Origin: Octopus vulgaris
Lineage: Eukaryota
DNA: 64,000 nucleotides
Assembly: GCA_951406725.2 (NCBI GenBank)
Contig: OX597822.1
Location: 118,172,001-118,236,000, forward strand
Reading direction: 5' to 3'
Numbering within the stretch: the first letter of the stretch is position 1; each line of letters begins with the position of its first letter. Of the stretch, positions 13,543-26,998 are shown in pieces. The notes beneath the pieces are model-generated. The model saw only the letters and a list, made by a program, of their open reading frames with translations. It was not told the DNA's origin and made no database searches. The position numbers and the translations under genes are program-made.

Positions 13543-14009
13543 TGTATGCATGCATGCATGTATGTATGTATGTATGTATGTATGTATGTATGCATGTATG
13601 TATGTATGTATGTATGTATGTATGTATGCATGTATGTATGTATGCATGTATGTATGTATGTATGTATGTATGTATGTATGTATGTATGCATGTATGTATG
13701 TATGTATGTCGCCATGCAATGGGAATATAACTCCTTGATGGGGTACAGCGTGTCTTGGGCATTTCTATACTTGACGGAGTCCAGCCCTCTTCAGGTCTGA
13801 GCACAGAGGATTTCTCCTTGAAGGAGAGAAAGAGTGTGCCTTCTTTCTTTCGTCCATTCACTCGTATATATACATATACATGTGTGTGTGCATGTGTGTG
13901 CGCGCAGGTGTGTGTGCATGTGACTCGACCATGCAACAGGTTGTACTGGGTTACATGTTACCAGTAGCATTCGAAAGTGACCTGACATACATACATACAT
14001 ACATGCATG

Positions 14010-14352
14010 CCTCTGAGACCCCCTTCGGTCACGACACAGACCATGGGATTGCACCTAAAAAGTTACCCTCCCAGGCGCAAGTCCGGGCAAGGTTGCTTAT
14101 GGAAGACCAGCAGTCGCCCATGCATACCAGCCTCCCCTCGTCACGCCATCAGTGTTATCCAAGGGAAAGGCAAAGGGGCTGATACAGTTTGACACCTGTG
14201 ACGTCACAACTCATTTCTACAGCTGAGGGAACTGGAGCAACGTGAAATAAAGTGTCTTGCTCAAGAACACAATGCGCAGCCCGGTCCGGGATTCGAGCTC
14301 ACAACCTCACGATCGTACGCTCGACGCTCTAACCACTGAGCCATGCGCCTTC
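14010..14352 (-). mobile_element. tRNA-derived SINE (family C-like head, different 3' part)
   Basis: Minus strand gaaggcgcatggctcagtggttagagcg...gagctcgaatcccgg...tgttcttgagcaagacactttatttcacgttgctccag, sharing its head and core with 7428-7671. Confidence 0.8.
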
Positions 14353-15669
14353 ACACACACACCTACATACATACATACATACATACGTACATACATACAT
14401 ACATACATACATACATACATACATACATACATACATACATACATACATACATACGTACATACATACATACATACATACATACATACATACATACATACAT
14501 ACATACATACATACATACATACATACATACATACATACATACATACATACATACGTACATGCATGCATACAGATATATACTTAGATACACACACTCACAC
14601 ATAGATGCGCGCGCATTGGGCTTCTGCTCTTTTCCGCTTACCAAACACTGCGCACAAGACAAGGGGCGCGTGAGCTCAAAACTGAAGCAAAAGTCATTTG
14701 CCCAGAGTGTCATGCAATGAGATCGAATTCGATAACACAGCCCCAAAGTAAAGTTCTTCACTGTAGAACTATGCCTGAGGCCATTATTCTCAGATGCGTA
14801 TTTAATCGTTGATATTTGAGCGCTTTTTTTTTTCCTTTAAAAGGATTTGCTAACTACACAGAGGCCTTCATTAACAATAAGAAACATAACAACAACAAGA
14901 ACATAACTACAACAACAACGATAGCAACAACAACAACAATAATGACAATACGGAAGAAAAACAACAACTTTTTTCTGAAACACTTCAAAGATCAGACGGG
15001 AGTAATGAGAGTCCAAGAAGTGAACGTAAGACTGAAGTGAAAAAGAGATCTGAGTTAAAAAGAAAGAAAGAAAGAGAGAGAGAAAGAAAGGAAGAAAGAG
15101 AGAAGGAAAGAAGGAAAGAAAGAATATTCACCATGAATGATGTATGAACTCTCTTCAGTCACTCAGCATATGTCTGTATAAAGTAATTAGCTATTTAAGA
15201 AGACGAACTCTACACGCTGTACTATTCTGCACCTTATTGGATCGCTGATTTTTATCGATTCTTTATCAAATATGAAGTATAATAATGTTAATTTATTAAC
15301 AAATTGCCAAACGACACATTGCCAGAATAAATTGTCATAGATAAAAAAAAAATAGTATTTATAGTTGCAAAAAAAAAGTATGAAGTAATCATAAATTATC
15401 ATAAATTACCTTCTATATTTTAGAGTATGTCATGTGACAGTTTTTATATCCCGATTTCCCAATTGGTGAAAAATAACGCAAAATGTTTCAGGTCCTAACG
15501 GACCAATTGTTGATTTCGACCTATTACATTTTCATCTCGATGAAAGGGGCTTCGAATGTAAAGTTCCTTTGTGTGTGTGTGTTTGTGTGTGCGCGCGTAT
15601 ATGGGTTTGTTATGTGTGTGCTTCGTTTGGGGCTTATACTATCTACGCCAATATAAAACGATTATACAT

Positions 15670-15700
<31 letters not shown>

Positions 15701-15734
15701 TACACACACACACACACATACACACACACACACA

Positions 15735-15945
15735 CACATCAAGTTTGGTCATACAAACAGGACAAGGACTCAAACCTCGAATATCAAGGATTTTGTCTGA
15801 AATGACCGTCCACCAAATTCCAACCAAATATTGGTCGACCCGAGCGTATTGTAAGAGACGTTTACTCTTAGTGCCGTACAGTAGACACGAACATGGAACC
15901 ACAAGGTTGTGAAACGAACTCCCTAAATCACACAGCCATACATGC
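15735..15945 (-). mobile_element. Degenerate SINE family A
   Basis: Decayed head and core (ggttccatgttcgtg...ctcgggtcgaccaa...tttggtggacgg). Confidence 0.55.
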
Positions 15946-16074
15946 TCTCATAAGGAATTGATTGTATGATGAAGTTTTTATTCCATAGCTTCATTATTGT
16001 TTTGTAGATATAAGGCGTTAGAATCGTTAGCACGTTTGTTTGTTTACAAACGTATGTGTGTTTGTGTTTGTCCT

Positions 16075-17098
16075 CTCTCTGACTATGGCAGTTTTCAAGA
16101 ATCTTCGGTGTTATGGGCGTGTTCGTTGACCTCTCTCAACAATGCTCCACGTGAAATAGTCCAATGGAATGAGATCTGGGAAATTATGAGGCCAAATGTT
16201 AGGGATTATGTGATCATGAAAATTTTCAGCCATCCATTCCTGTTTTACTAGAGCCATGTGTGATAGTGCAGAGTCTTACCGAAACACATATGGCCTTCTA
16301 TTGCATACATAGTCTATCCAGGGCTTAACAATTATTTCCAGGACCTCAATGTAGGTGGCAGAGTTTCCTTGTGGAAAGAAGTAAGGAGGCATCACATGTC
16401 CTTCATTGCTGACAACCCCTAAAACCATGACAGTTGCAGGACATTTTGTATACATAACACTTGGAACTTCAGAAGGGTCTGCACATAACCATCTGTCATT
16501 TCTTCTGTTAACTTTTTGATTTTGGTCGAAGTTTTTCTCATTTGAGAAAAACCAAATCAGATCTTTTCTGCTGGATTTTTCAGTTTGTTTAAGAGCATTT
16601 TAGATTTTATGTAATGATTTTCTTTTGCTCTTTCTGACAAATTGACCTTTCCTCATCATATAAGACTTATATCTGATGTCTTCATGGACAACATTTCTGA
16701 CTGTTCTTTCTGACACATTGAGATCTTTTGCAATTGACCTCATGGACTTTCTAGAATTGTAATCAATGATCTGTTGAATTTGCTGGATAAATTCAGGTGT
16801 TCTGATGATTTCAGAGCATTTAGAATGCTTTTTATGCTTTGATACTGGTGATACGTTTCCATCTTCAGTCTCTAGCTCCTTACTATGTAGATGAAAGATC
16901 TGGCAACTTTTAAAAATCGAGATATTTCTAAATCGCTTTGCTCAGCCTTTATAACCACAATAACAGCATTCCTCTTCATTTCTTGAGTAAGGTGAGGGTC
17001 TGCCATTACTATTTTCTGAAACAAAAATTATACAGAGTTAGCAAAAAATGCAGCAATGATCCAAAAAATGTATGTCCTCAAATACCTTACGCACCCTG
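16075..17098 (-). pseudogene. Tc1/mariner-superfamily DD37D (maT-type) transposase pseudogene with left TIR
   Basis: TA+CAGGGTGCGTAAGG terminus at 17100 and ATG at about 17006 (MADPHLTQEMKRNAVI). Motifs SMRSIAKDLNVSERTVR (HTH), WFFSNEKNF, VMVLGVVS, and DSALSH...FPDLIPLDY with exactly 37 residues between the last two D. Contains stops and frameshifts; 3' end missing. Confidence 0.85.
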
Positions 17099-17162
17099 TA
17101 TATATATGTGTGTGTGTGTGTATGTGTGTGTGTGTGTGTTTGTATGTGTGTGTATGTATGCA

Positions 17163-17269
17163 CAGAGTAAGAAAGGAAGAAAGAAGGAAGGAAGGAAGGA
17201 AATAGAGATGTTATACGCATGCATATATATGCATTTGTGCGTACATATTGCGTGTATATATTTGTATGC

Positions 17270-17339
<70 letters not shown>

Positions 17340-17530
17340 TATATATATGCGTATATATGTATGTATATATATATATATATATGTGTGTATGTATATATAT
17401 ATGTATGCATGTATGTATATACAGAGTAAGAAAGGAAGAAAGAAGGAAGGAAGGACGGAAATAGAGAGAGATATGCATTAATTATGCACATACATATGTA
17501 ATATGCATTTGTGCGTACATATGACGTGTA
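17163..17530 (+). repeat. Local tandem duplication (about 260-bp period) inside a microsatellite field
   Basis: cagagtaagaaaggaagaaagaaggaaggaagg...aaatagaga...tatgcatttgtgcgtacatat at 17163 and again at 17422. Confidence 0.75.
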
Positions 17531-17540
17531 TATATATATT

Positions 17541-17593
<53 letters not shown>

Positions 17594-18348
17594 ATGTATG
17601 TATGTATATATACATGCGTAAGTGTGGGTGCGCGGCTGTGTGTGTGTTTGTGCGTGCGTGTGCAAGTACGTGTGTTTTATGTGTTTGTGAAGCAGCAAAG
17701 AGAGAACGAATAAAATAAAAAGAAGCGCTATTAGAGGATCGATAAAAAGAAAAAAAATATCGAAGGCAGAAATAAGAAATGAAATTTTTTTCCCACGTAT
17801 ATCGTTTGAGAAACCTGGAGGAATGCCGTTGATGCTGATGTTGTTGTTGTTGTTGTTGTTGTTGTTTGTGGTGGTGGTGGTGGCGGCGGCGGCGGTCTTG
17901 CTGATGATGGCATCTGTGATGGTGATGGTGGTGGTAGCAGTGGCAGTGATGGTGGTGATAATAGAGCAGAAGTGATAGTGGATATTATCGCTTTGGTTGC
18001 CAATAGCAACAATCGTATGTATATATAATGATGGGTGGACGTTGGCAAAGCGTCCGATCCAATCCATTATTAATGTTTAGAGAGAGGAGAGGTGTTAGCG
18101 AGTTGGCTGATCCATTCTGCTGTTAGCAACGTTGACGAAATGAAAAAAAAAAAAAACAATTGTTTCGTGTGATAGAGAATATACTTCAACCTATATTTCT
18201 CCTCTATAACTATTTCTCTATATTAAGACGAATTGGATATAGAACGGGATATTGCATAGTGTACGCTCGCAATATTGCATGCTTAGATTGTACTGAGTAC
18301 AGTTGCTATACGAAATCTCTTTACAGATATAAAATTGTAATTATATAT

Positions 18349-18579
18349 ATTTCTTTACTATCCACAAGGGGCTAAACACAGAAGGGACAAACAAGGACAG
18401 ACAAATGGATTAAGTCGATTACATCGACCCCAGTGCGTAACTGGTACTTACTTTATCGACCCCGAAAGGATGAAAGGCAAAGTCGACCTCGGCGGAATTT
18501 GAACTCAGAACGTAACGGCAGACGAAATACGGCTACGCATTTCGCCCGGCGTGCTAACGTTTCTGCCAGTTCGCCGCCT
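18349..18579 (-). mobile_element. SINE family B with 21-bp TSD
   Basis: TSD tataaaattgtaattatatat at 18328-18348 and 18580-18600. Confidence 0.9.
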
Positions 18580-18745
18580 TATAAAATTGTAATTATATAT
18601 TGGCATAAAACTGTATTGTCTTTCTGATAAAACATTCTATTATGTACAAACTTAATTCTGTGATTCTCACGTATATACGATATCGTAATTGCATAGAGAT
18701 GTAATGTTGTGATTGTGTATAGCCGTAATATTATGACTGTCTACC

Positions 18746-19264
18746 GTATGGTAAGAAATATGCTTCACTGCTTCACAACTATAAGGTTCTAGGTTCAGTC
18801 CCGCCACATGGCAACTTGAGTAAGTGTCTACTGCAATAGCTTCGGGTCAACCAAAGCCGTGTGAGTAGATTTGATAGATAGGAATTGAAAGACGCTTGTT
18901 GTACATATGTGTGTATGCATGTGTGTATGCGTGTGTGTGAGTGTGCGTGTATGTATGCATGTGTGTATGCGTGTGTGTGAGTGTGCGTGTGCGTGTGTGT
19001 ATGCGAGCGCGTGTGTGTACGTTCGTGTGTGTTTTTGTGCCTGTGTGTGTGTGTTTGTTTACAAATGTATGTGTGTTGGGTGTTTGTTCCTCTCTACAGC
19101 TTGACGACCGGTGCTTGTTTGTGTAGGTCCCCATAAGCGGTTCGGCAAAAGGAGCCCGATAAAATAGTACCAAACTTTAAAGAAGAAGTACAGGGAGCGT
19201 TCGGGTAAAACTCTTCCTGGTGTTGCCCCAACATGACTGCAGTCTTTGACTGACACAAGTAAAA
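18746..19264 (+). mobile_element. SINE family A, diverged
   Basis: Head tggtaagaa...ggttcagtccc, internal (TG)n, tail gttgccccaacatgactgcagtctttgactgacacaagtaaaa. Confidence 0.75.
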
Positions 19265-19280
19265 ACAATATTGAAAGTAT

Positions 19281-19561
19281 TAATAGTTATCGCCAAGCTA
19301 ATATGGCAGTCCATAAATATAGGACGAAAGCTGCCGTAGATTAGCTGCAAGAGGCCATCACCTCTAGCTAGCTATATGACACACGAACCTGTGTCCATTA
19401 TAACCTTCGAACAGGGGATGTCAGCCGCTTCCCCTTGCTGGTCAGGCACCTGCAGACATGTTTCAGGGTATTTGCCCTTTATGAATGCAGAGTAGCCGAA
19501 CCCAGCAGGCGTCGCTACTGACCGTCTGTTCGGAGGATGATTTATCTAAATTCAGTGGAAT
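19281..19561 (-). mobile_element. About 280-bp non-coding element with 16-bp TSD and a degenerate hammerhead motif (19450-19490)
   Basis: Direct repeat acaatattgaaagtat at 19265-19280 and 19562-19577. Minus strand ctgca-TTCATAA-AGGG-caaata-CCCT-GAAA-CATG-TC-tgcag. Confidence 0.65.
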
Positions 19562-20420
19562 ACAATATTGAAAGTATATACTGATGTAATATTGTAATTA
19601 TGTACTAACATAGTATTGTATTTTATACAAGCGTAATATTATAGTTATCTAGTAGCTTAGCGATCTGTATATCATATTTAAATGTATACTGTTGAAAGCT
19701 TTATAACCTGCAGTATTCCTCTCGAAAAAACATCTGTTGTAGACCTATAGTGGTGAAAAAAACACAGAAATATATAAGCAGAGAGCGAAAATCGATCAGT
19801 AGCGACAGTGGCAATGTTAAATCCAGATTTCTGCTTTTTTGAGCTTCATCAGTAGCAAGTATTCACCGCGTGCTAAGTGGAAATCAGCTGCTTACTGATG
19901 TAGTTAAACAGTGATTGAAAGGTCACCATCTTTGTATTTAGCCGATATGCCGAATAAAAATCTTTTATTAACGGCAGAAGCAATACTAGTTCAAACTAGT
20001 TAGATCATATACACTGTTGTAAGACTTCTAAACTGAGATATTTGTCTCGAGAAAGCATACTTTACAGTATTTTTTAAAAATTCAAAATATTTTAGCTTCA
20101 GGCCAGATGATTTTCCAGTACAAACGTAACACTGTAATTATGTACAGACCAAATATTGTAATGTGTCCAGACGTAATACAAACATAATATTGTAATTGCA
20201 TACAGTTGTAATATTGTAATGTGTACCGATGTAATATTTTAATTGTGAAGCACTTGGAGCTTACCCAAATGCAACATCCTTCGATGATGGCAGTTACATA
20301 TCTCTGGCTCTCTTATCAACTTAATATACATATATGCACACACACACACATAAATACATGTATGTATATATGTATATACATATATATATATGTGCACACA
20401 CGCACACACACACATATTCT

Positions 20421-20800
20421 TTTATTTCTTTTAGTCATTTGACTGTGGCCATGCTGGAGCACCGCCTTTAATCAAAGAAATCGACTCTAGGATTTATTCT
20501 TTGTAAGCTTAGTACTTACTATAACGGTATCTTTTGCCGAACCGCTAAGATACGGGGACGTAGACACGCCAACATCAGTTGTTAAGCGATGGTGGGTGAA
20601 CAAACAGACACACACAGATACACACATGTATATGTACGACGGGCTTCTTTCAGTTTCCGTCTACCAAATCCATTCACAAGGCTTTGGTCGGTCCGAGGCT
20701 ATAATACAAGACACTTGCCGAAGCTGCCACGCAGTGGGACTGAACCCAGAACAATGTGGTTGGTAAGCAAGCTACTTACCACTCACCCACTCCTGTACCT
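20421..20800 (-). mobile_element. SINE family A
   Basis: Reverse complement of the family A head, core and tail. Confidence 0.85.
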
Positions 20801-20820
20801 ATAGCCGCTCCTGTGCCTAC

Positions 20821-21202
<382 letters not shown>

Positions 21203-21210
21203 TATGTATT

Positions 21211-21242
<32 letters not shown>

Positions 21243-21245
<3 letters not shown>

Positions 21246-21400
21246 AGAATTCACGAAAAAAAACAAAAGAAGAAGACAGGTGGTGTAAAATATAAACAGA
21301 TATATTAGTATAACGGTCGGGAATTAAAAAAGTATTTAATGTTTCGAGCCTACGCTCTTCTACAGAAAAGGGACACAGAAAGAAACAAGGAGAGAAAAAA
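21243..21400 (-). mobile_element. Second copy of the 13300 hammerhead-like repeat (motif 21333-21370)
   Basis: Minus strand ctttt-CTGTAGAA-GAGC-gtag-GCTC-GAAA-cat-t-aaata, followed by a homologous tail. Confidence 0.6.
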
Positions 21401-21412
21401 TATATATGTATG

Positions 21413-21474
<62 letters not shown>

Positions 21475-21477
<3 letters not shown>

Positions 21478-23712
21478 CCTTAAATCCTTAAAAATGTTTT
21501 AGCCCGAAGGCCGCGGCCATGCTGGGGCACCACCGCTGAATGAGCTACACTAGTTTGTGAATCTACCTCTGATACGTGGCACTTGATCAACAAGGGAGTT
21601 CGATGCTGCTGCCCGCATCCGTGTCTCCTGTCGTGAGGTAGGTTCATCTGGGACTCCCAACAAGAAGAGATCCAGTTTAGTTTTAAAGAAACCCACATCC
21701 ACACCATGTAAGTCTCTCAGGCATTTAGGGAGGATGTTAAAGAGCTGTGGTCCTCTGAAACCCAAGCTGTTGCAGTATCTGGACCTGTATTTTGATGGTG
21801 ATGTTGGAATCCTTGGCACCACGCAGCGGCACCCCGTTCTGCGGTTGGAGTAACTTTGAATGCCAAAGTTTGGGACAAGACCCTCCAGGATTTTCCAGAT
21901 GTATATCACTGCATATCTCTCCCGCCTCCGCTCCAGGGAGAAGAGGTTTAATACCTTCAGTCTTTCCCAGTAGCTGACATTTTGCATTGAGACGATTTTC
22001 TTTGTGTAGCTTCTCTGAGTTGCTTCGAGTTCTGCTGTTTGTTTTATATTGTGTGGTGACCAAAGTTGGGAGCAGTAGTCCAAGCGGCTAAGGACGAATG
22101 TTTTCCATAGGACCATCAGTGTCTCCTTCTCTCTTGTTCTGAAAGTTCGGAGAATCCATCCAGCTAGCCGTCTGCATTTTATCACCAGATTAGCAATATG
22201 CATTTGGAAAGATGCATCATTGCTCATGTCAATGCCCAAGTCACGCACTGATTTTGACTCAGGGATTGCAATTCTTCCTGGGCCAGTGTATCCAGTCTTC
22301 ACGTCATTTACCTTTGTGTGCCAGTAGCGCAGGGCCTGGAACTTACCTGCATTAAACTGCATGTTGTTGTCCTCAGCCCACCTGTATATTGTGTCCAGCT
22401 CATGTTGCAGATGCGCAATATTTTCAGGGTTTTGTATTGCGTGGGAGACTTTTGTGTCATCTGCATAGCTAGCAAGGGTGGTCATCGTAGCAACTGAAGG
22501 CATGTCTGAAAGGGCTACTATGAACATCAGTGGCCCCAAGACAGTGCCCTGTGGGACACCGCTTGTTATTTGCGTTTCCTTGGAGGTGGCTCCATTGCTC
22601 ACAACTGCCTGTTTTCTGTCTTTTAGGAAGTTGTGCAGCCACTCTCCAAGTTTCCCGCCTATGCCGAGACCACGCAGTTTGTGACAGATCATACCATGGT
22701 CGACTTTATCAAAGGCTTTTGCAAAGTCGGGATATATTACATCCACATTTGAGCCATTTAGTAGTTGTTTCAACACCCAGTCATAGTGTTGCAGGAGCTG
22801 TGTTAGGCAGCCTCTACCTGGTCGAAATCCATGCTGGGTGTCAGACAGTAAGTCATTTTCTTCAAGGAACATGATTAGTTTCTTACGGACTATTCGTTCA
22901 ATGACTTTGCTGATGTGTGAGGTCAGAGAGATAGGCCTATAATTTTTAGCATCTGCTCTGTTACCTCCCTTATGGATAGGGCATATTACCCCCTCTTTCA
23001 GTTTGACTGGGAGCTTACCACTTGCAAGAAAGCTCTGAAAAAGAAGCTGTAGCGGTTTTGCAAGGGCTCGTTTGCACGATTTGAGAAGGATCGCTGGGAA
23101 TCCATCAGGTCCAGCAGCTGAGTTTGTGTCAATCTCATCAATGGCTAGTGTGATATCATCATCTTCGATGTTGATGTACTCAATTTTTGTCTCTTTGGCC
23201 GCTGGTAAAGTGGCAAAGAATTCTTCTGGGTTGTTTACTTGCCTGTGTCCTAGAGGTGTAGTGAACACACTTTGGAACTGTTCGTTCAGTATTTCACTTA
23301 TCCTCGTGGGATTTCCTGTGAGAGAGCCATCTTTTTGGAAGAGAGGTCCTATTCTCTGGTGCACTGTGGCTGTCTCTTTGGCAAGCTTAAAGAAAGCTTT
23401 AGGGTTTGATTTTATATTTTCTATTACCCAAGCTTCTTTATTTGCTCTCTCCTTTTCATGGGACTGATGTAGACTTTTCTCAGTTTCCATTAGCATTCTT
23501 TCGAGCCGAGACTTCTCACCACTTTTGGTGTGCTTGCTCAGGCGGTTTGCAATCCTTATCCGTCGTCTCATAAGAATCCTCCTTTCTCTAGGGATCCTGT
23601 TTTTGTTCTTGTGTGTGCTGGCCCTGCACATTGGGACATATTTGTCACATATGGCTTGTATTATGGACATGAAGTGTTTGTGTTTCATGTTTATGTCCGG
23701 TGTGGAGAGACC

Positions 23713-23716
<4 letters not shown>
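21475..23716 (-). mobile_element. 5'-truncated CR1/L2-group LINE with an uninterrupted RT-containing ORF2 segment (21550-about 23715, about 720 aa)
   Basis: AAGPDG, NYRPISLTS, QHGFRPGR, DFAKAFDKV, GVPQGTVLGP, YADD, RDLG, LERRRERY. No endonuclease domain. 3' UTR ends in (TTTAAGGA)x2; (TA)n on both sides. The ORF's N-terminal IYIY stretch is microsatellite read-through. Confidence 0.92.
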
Positions 23717-23787
<71 letters not shown>

Positions 23788-24691
23788 TACATACAGAGGA
23801 GAGGAGAGCACTGTTGACTTCAGCACAAAAATATGTCGCCACTTCCTGAAAGGTTACCTTATTTTTTTATTAACAAAGGAACTAAGAAGACGCTGACCGT
23901 CTGCTATTTGTTACACAATTTTCTGGCGCCCTTCTAATGCATAGATATATAGAAGTAGAGGTTGCTTACTTGTAGTAATTGGATTTGTATACATGTTGAT
24001 CATAAATTATATTATCTATTGGTTGCGATAACAATAATCGTATGCGAGCCCTCGCAGGTTTGGTCGATATTCGTTCCGACTCATGAGAGAACACCGACGA
24101 AAGTTTTTGGTGTGACGGCGGGGAAGTTTACAAAAGTTCTCGATGAAACATAAGCGATTTAGAAAAGAATATGTGAAGAGAAAGAATAAAGAAAGAAAGA
24201 CTCTGCTAAAATGTTGAGAAAAAACCAAGAATTTACGATAGGGCTCGTGTAGATGTTTGTAGAGATATACAATGATATTAAGTTAAGTAATGATATATCT
24301 TGATAATATATGTCAGTTTAAGCGTATGTAAGGTTTCGGAGGATATCAGACATAATTTTTTTTTTTTTGTATTAGAAAAAAGACAAAAAGCTGAAGCATT
24401 GACATTTTGTATTATTTCCTGTACCGAAGTCACTGACATTTCTATATATTTTACGTGTTTGCAATGTGTTTGCCCCCGATAACTGTGACATTCATTTTAA
24501 AGTCATCTGATAAAAATCGAACAACGATACAATGGCGCTAAATAACAAAGAATGTAGTTTCATAAAAATATAAATTCTGCGTATGTATTATATACGTGTA
24601 GATATAAAATGAAATACATACAGAGATACGCATACAGAAACAGACATATAAAATGTGTTTGAAATAAAACAACGAAGATATAACAAAATTA

Positions 24692-24800
<109 letters not shown>

Positions 24801-25089
24801 AAACATACGCTCACATACACATACGCATGCACATACAAACGTGTTGTTTTGGTAAAAAGCTGCCTATACCGAGTGTACACTCCTTTCGGTTTCTTTGAAA
24901 CGAGTGCACATCTGCTGTAGTTAGCATTTTACTAAAATGCAATTATTTCTCCATTAAATTGCGTCGATTTCTCTACGTTATGCGTTTTCTATTTTGTTTT
25001 CAACGTGTAGCACTAAATTGCATGTATGCGCATGTACACACATGCATACATATGTATGTATATATGTATATATATATTATAACCATAAA

Positions 25090-25400
25090 CGATAAGCGTC
25101 GCCCTTTTCAAGCGTTGCCAGGCTTATGGGCCCGGTTTCCCGGTGTCTGTGGCGTATGTGCCCCCCCCCCCACCCCACCCGCTGGAAGAGACGCCAGTCC
25201 ATCGCAGCGTTACCCAAGAAACAGGAAGAAAGAGCGAGAGAAAGTTGTGGCGAAAGAGTACAACAGGGGTCGTCGCCACCCCCTGCTGGAGCCTCGTAGA
25301 GCTTTTAAGTGTTTTCGCTCAATAAACACACACAACGCTCGGTCTGGGAATCGAAACCGCGAGTCCGCTTTCCTAACCACTGGGCCATTGCGCCTCCACA
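25090..25400 (-). mobile_element. tRNA-derived SINE, family C-related
   Basis: Minus strand ggaggcgcaatggcccagtggttagg...ggtttcgattcccagacc. Tail acgctgcgatggactggcgtc...gaaaccgggcccataagcctggc...cttgaaaagg is shared with 7428-7671. Confidence 0.8.
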
Positions 25401-25413
25401 TACACACACACAC

Positions 25414-25516
<103 letters not shown>

Positions 25517-26607
25517 ATGTAAGGCAATAAGAGAAAATAATCCAAAGGGATAACTATTGTGTATTCAAATAACAAAGTCGACATGACAGGTTTGCTGAAT
25601 GCTGTAATGCTGCGCATGACAAATTTTCAACTTTAAAAAAAAATGGTTTCGTAAAGAGAGAAGGGAAACTATAGCCTAACGGTGACTGTTAACAACTCTG
25701 AATGAGGAGGGGAGATAATTTCAAGGACTTTCGAATAATTTTCAATGAATTTATAGGATGGGAAATATGAACAATTTGATATTCACTTCAGAGCCAAAGG
25801 AAAGCTATGAGAACTGTCCCTCAGCCAAGAAACTAAGACTGGCCTTTTACCAACTGTGGGAAATTTATTGCAATAAATGTAGTTACGATCAACAATGTAG
25901 CGCAAATTGTACCTGTCGGAAAATTGGTCAAAATACATGCAATAATATAATCAGGTGATATTATACTTTGGTGATGACCGGCCATACTGAAGTCGAATAA
26001 AGCAACATTACTGGACAAAAAATTAAATCCGGGACCAAAAAGAAAAAGCGTACTGTTTCAAAGAGGAAGAATGAAAGAGGAAAAACTTAGGCTAAAAGCT
26101 ATGCAAAAGAACTAACTTCACAGAATTTTTTTTTTTTTAATGATCTGATTTTTCGTTGAGCCCAACTTAGTCATTGTGATACTAATTGGTTCAACCCAAA
26201 AGTTAGAATAAGTCAAATGATATTAACTGTTTTTACCATATCTAGAATCGTACAGGAACAATGTATAACACTATATACTGCCAATCATGCTGCTACAATC
26301 AATATGTTTTTACTGACTGATTCAGTAAGTTACAGACTTACTGAACTGAAATTAATCTAGAACTGAAGAGAATTCTGCATCAATCACTCAGAATCATTGT
26401 GACTCTGCTACGTATAACATAGAATTATAAAACAACAAAAATGAGACGAGTGGAACAGAAATAGTGAAGTGTTGGAATGTAAAAAGCTCAATCTTGCTGA
26501 ATACTTCTCTCTCAGTCAAATATGTTGTTAACTAATTTACTTCATCAACATAACTATTGATAGAGTAGCTTCATGATGCCCAGTTTCTTGCAGTGCTGTT
26601 TTGCAAA

Positions 26608-26998
26608 ATATATTTATATCCGGCGTTGCTCGGGTTTGTTTCGACCCTTTAGAATTGGAATTTTTGAAAAGTAAAACTTTTGCATTATGTAGCTTGTTAT
26701 TCTCTTTAAGTGGACATTTTTCTGGTTGAAATACACAGAAAAATGGCGACAAAGCAGTCAAAAAATCGTAAAAAATGGGGATTTTCATAGAAAAAAAAAA
26801 ACACTTTTTGGTGTAAATAATTTTTGATGTTAACATGGTCCGATTTGAATTCTTTCTACTACGGAAGGAAGAGCAAGCCTTCTTCTATCATAATCTCAAT
26901 TTTGGTCAACTTGAGCCGCAGGGTCTCGGAGAAGATAGCGTTAGTTGAAGGCTACCAAACCTGCCATACACAGACAACTTCAGCTTTATATAGAGAGA
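26608..26998 (-). mobile_element. Non-autonomous Helitron related to 3811-4118
   Basis: Minus-strand 5' tctctatataaagctgaagttgtctgt and the same 3' hairpin aaacccgagcaacgccgg. Terminal CTAG not retained; internal sequence differs. Confidence 0.7.

Noticed and set aside
23717-23826. N-terminal extension and ATG of the 758-aa ORF
   Set aside because: Runs through (TA)n and unrelated flank; the LINE is 5'-truncated and lacks its endonuclease.
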